DNA from: Pontiella sp.
Lineage (GTDB): Bacteria > Verrucomicrobiota > Kiritimatiellia > Kiritimatiellales > Pontiellaceae
NCBI GenBank assembly: GCA_050290185.1
Contig: JBNKHE010000007.1
Coordinates: 184,108 to 248,107, forward strand
Length of the DNA stretch: 64,000 nucleotides
Reading direction: 5' to 3'
In this document: one piece after another, positions 61,616 through 64,000 of the stretch
How the letters are laid out: each line of letters starts with the position of its first letter
Position numbering within the stretch: position 1 is the first letter of the stretch
Notes under the pieces: generated by a model
Told to the model about the DNA's origin: nothing
Seen by the model: the letters and a program-made list of their open reading frames with translations, nothing else
Database searches by the model: none
Position numbers and translations under genes: made by a program

Positions 61616-61708
61616 ATTCTGACGTTACGTGTGACCTGCGCGGGACTACCAACGTCAGGCATGAAAATTGTGCGTTTTACCGCGCAAGGTCCACGCGCTG
61701 GTTAGAGC
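61616..61708 (-). repeat. attC site 2
   Basis: Minus: GCTCTAAC-cagcgcgtggacc...ggtcacacgtaac-GTCAGAAT. Confidence 0.88.
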
Positions 61709-61718
61709 TATATTTTTT

Positions 61719-62054
61719 TTAACCTGTTCCATCATATACTAATTTTGAATCCCAACTGATTTTACACTTATGGCAGATAAAGCGTTTTCCTTTCCCAGCT
61801 TCAGAATAATCCCAACTCTTTATCCATGAGTGGCATTGAGGACATATGCAACGTTTTGTCCTAAAGATTCCCCAAAGTATAAAAAGCAGTACTCCAGATG
61901 AAAAACCAACCATCGATACAGATTCAATGAAAGGGTTCTCTGTTCCTTCTTGATTAATATATCCAACAATCCCGCTCAGGACTGCTAGCATAAAGCATAT
62001 GTCGACTCCCCAGATTGTTGTTCTCAGGTGTGTTGGATGTTCGCGATATTCCAT
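61719..62054 (-). CDS. Cassette membrane protein with zinc ribbon
   Basis: Two TMs then CPQC...CHKC. Confidence 0.7.
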   Translation of the reverse strand: MEYREHPTHLRTTIWGVDICFMLAVLSGIVGYINQEGTENPFIESVSMVGFSSGVLLFILWGIFRTKRCICPQCHSWIKSWDYSEAGKGKRFICHKCKISWDSKLVYDGTG

Positions 62055-62066
62055 GTTATTTCTGTG

Positions 62067-62158
62067 GCTCTAACGTTTGGTGTGAGCCGCGCGGGACATA
62101 TGCGTTGGATATAAAAATTGTGCGATTTACCGCGTAAGCTCCACGCGCTGGTTGGGGA
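62067..62158 (-). repeat. attC site 3
   Basis: Minus: TCCCCAAC-cagcgcgtggagc...gctcacaccaaac-GTTAGAGC. Confidence 0.88.
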
Positions 62159-62331
62159 TTTTTTTCTCTGTGTTTCTCGGTTCTCAATCAAACGTGATTT
62201 CCTCTGTGCGGAATCAAATTGAGTTCAGTTTCTACGGTGTTCGTGATTTGCCAGTTGAGTAGTCAGTGCTTTGCTTTCTCTTGGAACTTTGGGTTCATCT
62301 CCCAACTGAAATCTATCTTTATTGTTTTAAC

Positions 62332-62424
62332 TCCCCAACGTTACGTGTGACCTGCGCGGGACTACCAACGTCAGGCATGAAAATTGTGCGTTTTACCGCG
62401 TAAGGTCCACGCGCTGTTTCGCTT
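62332..62424 (-). repeat. attC site 4 (interior near-identical to attC2; R'' mutated)
   Basis: Minus: AAGCGAAA-cagcgcgtgg...gtaac-GTTGGGGA. Confidence 0.85.
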
Positions 62425-62584
62425 CATTTGTTTGTATTAATCCGTTAGTCGAAACAGCTGAAGGCTCAATCGTGTCAATTCCACCCATATCCATATTCCT
62501 GATCCTGTACCCTTCGATTTCAAATAGCACCAAGAGAATTCCTACAACTATAACCACCATGTATACGCTTTTGTGTATTTTCAT
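62393..62584 (-). CDS. Small cassette membrane protein that reads into attC4
   Basis: GAGG RBS; one TM; stop codon lies inside the attC. Confidence 0.55.
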   Translation of the reverse strand: MKIHKSVYMVVIVVGILLVLFEIEGYRIRNMDMGGIDTIEPSAVSTNGLIQTNEAKQRVDLTR

Positions 62585-62596
62585 GAAATATTCCTC

Positions 62597-62688
62597 AAGC
62601 GAACGTTACGTGTGACCTGTGCGGGATATATGCGTTGGTTATGAAAACTGTGCGTTTTACCGCGTAAGGTCCACGCGCTGGTTGAACA
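62597..62688 (-). repeat. attC site 5
   Basis: Minus: TGTTCAAC-cagcgcgtgg...gtaac-GTTCGCTT. Confidence 0.88.
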
Positions 62689-62692
62689 ATAT

Positions 62693-63469
62693 TTATTCAT
62701 CTTCCTTCTGCTGAATCCCTACTTTACTAACCAAATTTGAAATGGATGCAGCAGATCCAACGCTATCAACAGAAAATCTAAAGCTACTTAAAATTGGTTC
62801 TAAATCTAAAGCTGCATTCTTTTGCGAAATAACCGAAAGTCGGATAGTTAGTTTGTCTGCTAAGTCGTCTATGTCGACCTGTGCTACTGAATAATCAGTT
62901 CTATCACGACCAACCATAATCAATCCTTTGCTCCATGACGTCGAATAGATATAAGTTCCAGAATATCCAGCCCACTGTTTCGATTTTCCAAATAATTTTC
63001 CGGATCTTCTGTTAAATTCTCCCTCACTCATTATCAGCATTTCTAGTGTAGAAAGTAGCTTGGATTCTTCTCTTTCAATTGACCGATCCACTAATGATTT
63101 TTCCGGTAGTAATGGAGAGTTATGAATTTTATTATCTGCTTTTCGAGAGATTTTTTGATCAACCGGTGGTGATATTAAAATCTCAAAAGCTTCGCATGAA
63201 CAATAAATGAAGTTCCCACTTTTAGATGATTTGAGCTGAATATTCTCCGGTGAAGAAAATGTTGCGTAACCAATATCATATAACCTCCTATCAACTGGAG
63301 TATTGTCAGTTATGGTTATCTGTTCAGGAATAACTTGTGTACGTTCATATTCACGTGAATTAGATTTTAGTTGCTTAAGTAGAGCTATGCGATCTATCGC
63401 TCGAGCAGAGAAGTGAGTACAAGTTGCGACAACCCCAATCCCAATGAATATTAGTAATATTTTTTTCAT
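62693..63469 (-). CDS. Cassette exported hypothetical protein
   Basis: Signal-like N-terminus MKKILLIFIGIGVVATC; low GC. Confidence 0.7.
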   Translation of the reverse strand: MKKILLIFIGIGVVATCTHFSARAIDRIALLKQLKSNSREYERTQVIPEQITITDNTPVDRRLYDIGYATFSSPENIQLKSSKSGNFIYCSCEAFEILISPPVDQKISRKADNKIHNSPLLPEKSLVDRSIEREESKLLSTLEMLIMSEGEFNRRSGKLFGKSKQWAGYSGTYIYSTSWSKGLIMVGRDRTDYSVAQVDIDDLADKLTIRLSVISQKNAALDLEPILSSFRFSVDSVGSAASISNLVSKVGIQQKEDE

Positions 63470-63473
63470 TTAG

Positions 63474-63565
63474 TGTTCAACATTCGGTGTGACCCGCCCG
63501 GGAATAAACCGTTAGGCATGAAAATTGTTCATTTTACCGCGTAAGGTCCACGCACTGGTTCGACT
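63474..63565 (-). repeat. attC site 6
   Basis: Minus: AGTCGAAC-cagtgcgtggacc...ggtcacaccgaat-GTTGAACA. Confidence 0.87.
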
Positions 63566-63849
63566 TAGTATCTTCTTTTGTCGATGACTATCAGGCAACT
63601 AATTGAGCCAAGAAATGGAAGTAGTAGGATTAGTAGAACCCAACATAGTTTTAATCCATCACTTAGACTGGATTCAGCTATTCGTACCAATGATGACAGA
63701 ACTAATCTGATTAATATAAAAACTCCAACTACTGAGGCAATGATTCCCATTGGTAACCTAAGTGGTGTGCCAATCAGAAGGATCGTAAGCAGAATCACTA
63801 TAAAAATTCCAAATATATCAAGTAACAGTAATGGCGAAATTCTCCTCAT
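63565..63849 (-). CDS. Cassette membrane protein with PLDc_N-like C-terminus
   Basis: AAGGAG RBS; KLCWVLLILLLPFLGSI motif. Confidence 0.7.
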   Translation of the reverse strand: MRRISPLLLLDIFGIFIVILLTILLIGTPLRLPMGIIASVVGVFILIRLVLSSLVRIAESSLSDGLKLCWVLLILLLPFLGSISCLIVIDKRRY

Positions 63850-63861
63850 TTATTCTCCTTT

Positions 63862-63957
63862 AGTCGAATGCGGCGCTCACCAACTTTCGGGTGGACGGTA
63901 GCAGGCGGAGCCTGCGGACGGCCAGCCGGAATGTTGGTGCAGCGGCCTGGTTCTGCG
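63862..63957 (-). repeat. attC site 7 (GC-rich, different family)
   Basis: Minus: CGCAGAAC-caggccgctgcaccaac...gttggtgagcgccgc-ATTCGACT. Confidence 0.8.
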
Positions 63958-64000
63958 GCAAGCGCAGCGTCCGCAGGAACAGGCTGCGGAACGAAGTGAG

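Larger units (their letters stand above)
61112..64000 (-). mobile_element. Integron gene-cassette array (distal end of a chromosomal integron, or a CALIN); continues past the window
   Basis: Seven ~90-bp attC palindromes separating AT-rich, co-oriented single-ORF cassettes with complementary R'/R'' ends. Confidence 0.9.

Noticed and set aside
61616..63565. CRISPR array
   Set aside because: Repeats are ~90 bp, variable and separated by gene-sized spacers with attC core ends; no cas genes in the window.
63578..63901. 107-aa plus-strand ORF in the array
   Set aside because: Antisense to a cassette gene that has a clear RBS, and it runs into attC7.

Overview
Bacterial chromosomal window of mid-to-high GC. 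The gene repertoire suggests a Kiritimatiellae/PVC-type anaerobe, which is inference only. It has three zones. (1) 1-5500 is the right end of a prophage: tail and tail-fibre genes, a signal-peptide-bearing LamG/SGNH-esterase protein, small holin/spanin-like genes, a terminator and an AT-rich att-like arm. This abuts only the 3' half of an RNase P RNA gene (rnpB, 5501-5673), broken at the 7-nt L13 loop, so the prophage appears to have integrated inside rnpB. (2) 5677-61051 is core housekeeping DNA: uvrC, tRNA-Tyr, efpL, larB, metK, lpxK, carA-guaA-carB, ppdK, galKE, leuCD, alr, argC, ald, glpK, murJ, a divergent lpxC, an ABC exporter pair, miaB, a histone-like gene, an [FeFe]-hydrogenase maturation operon (TM1266-like, aspA, hydF, hydG, hydE) and rmuC. 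It also holds dispersed REP-like palindromes and a candidate structured RNA at ~47700-47855. (3) 61110-64000 is the distal end of a minus-strand integron cassette array with seven attC sites, five AT-rich gene cassettes, one ORF-less cassette and two 31-36 bp palindromic micro-cassettes. No integrase is in the window. All calls come from reading the sequence by eye; no searches were run.
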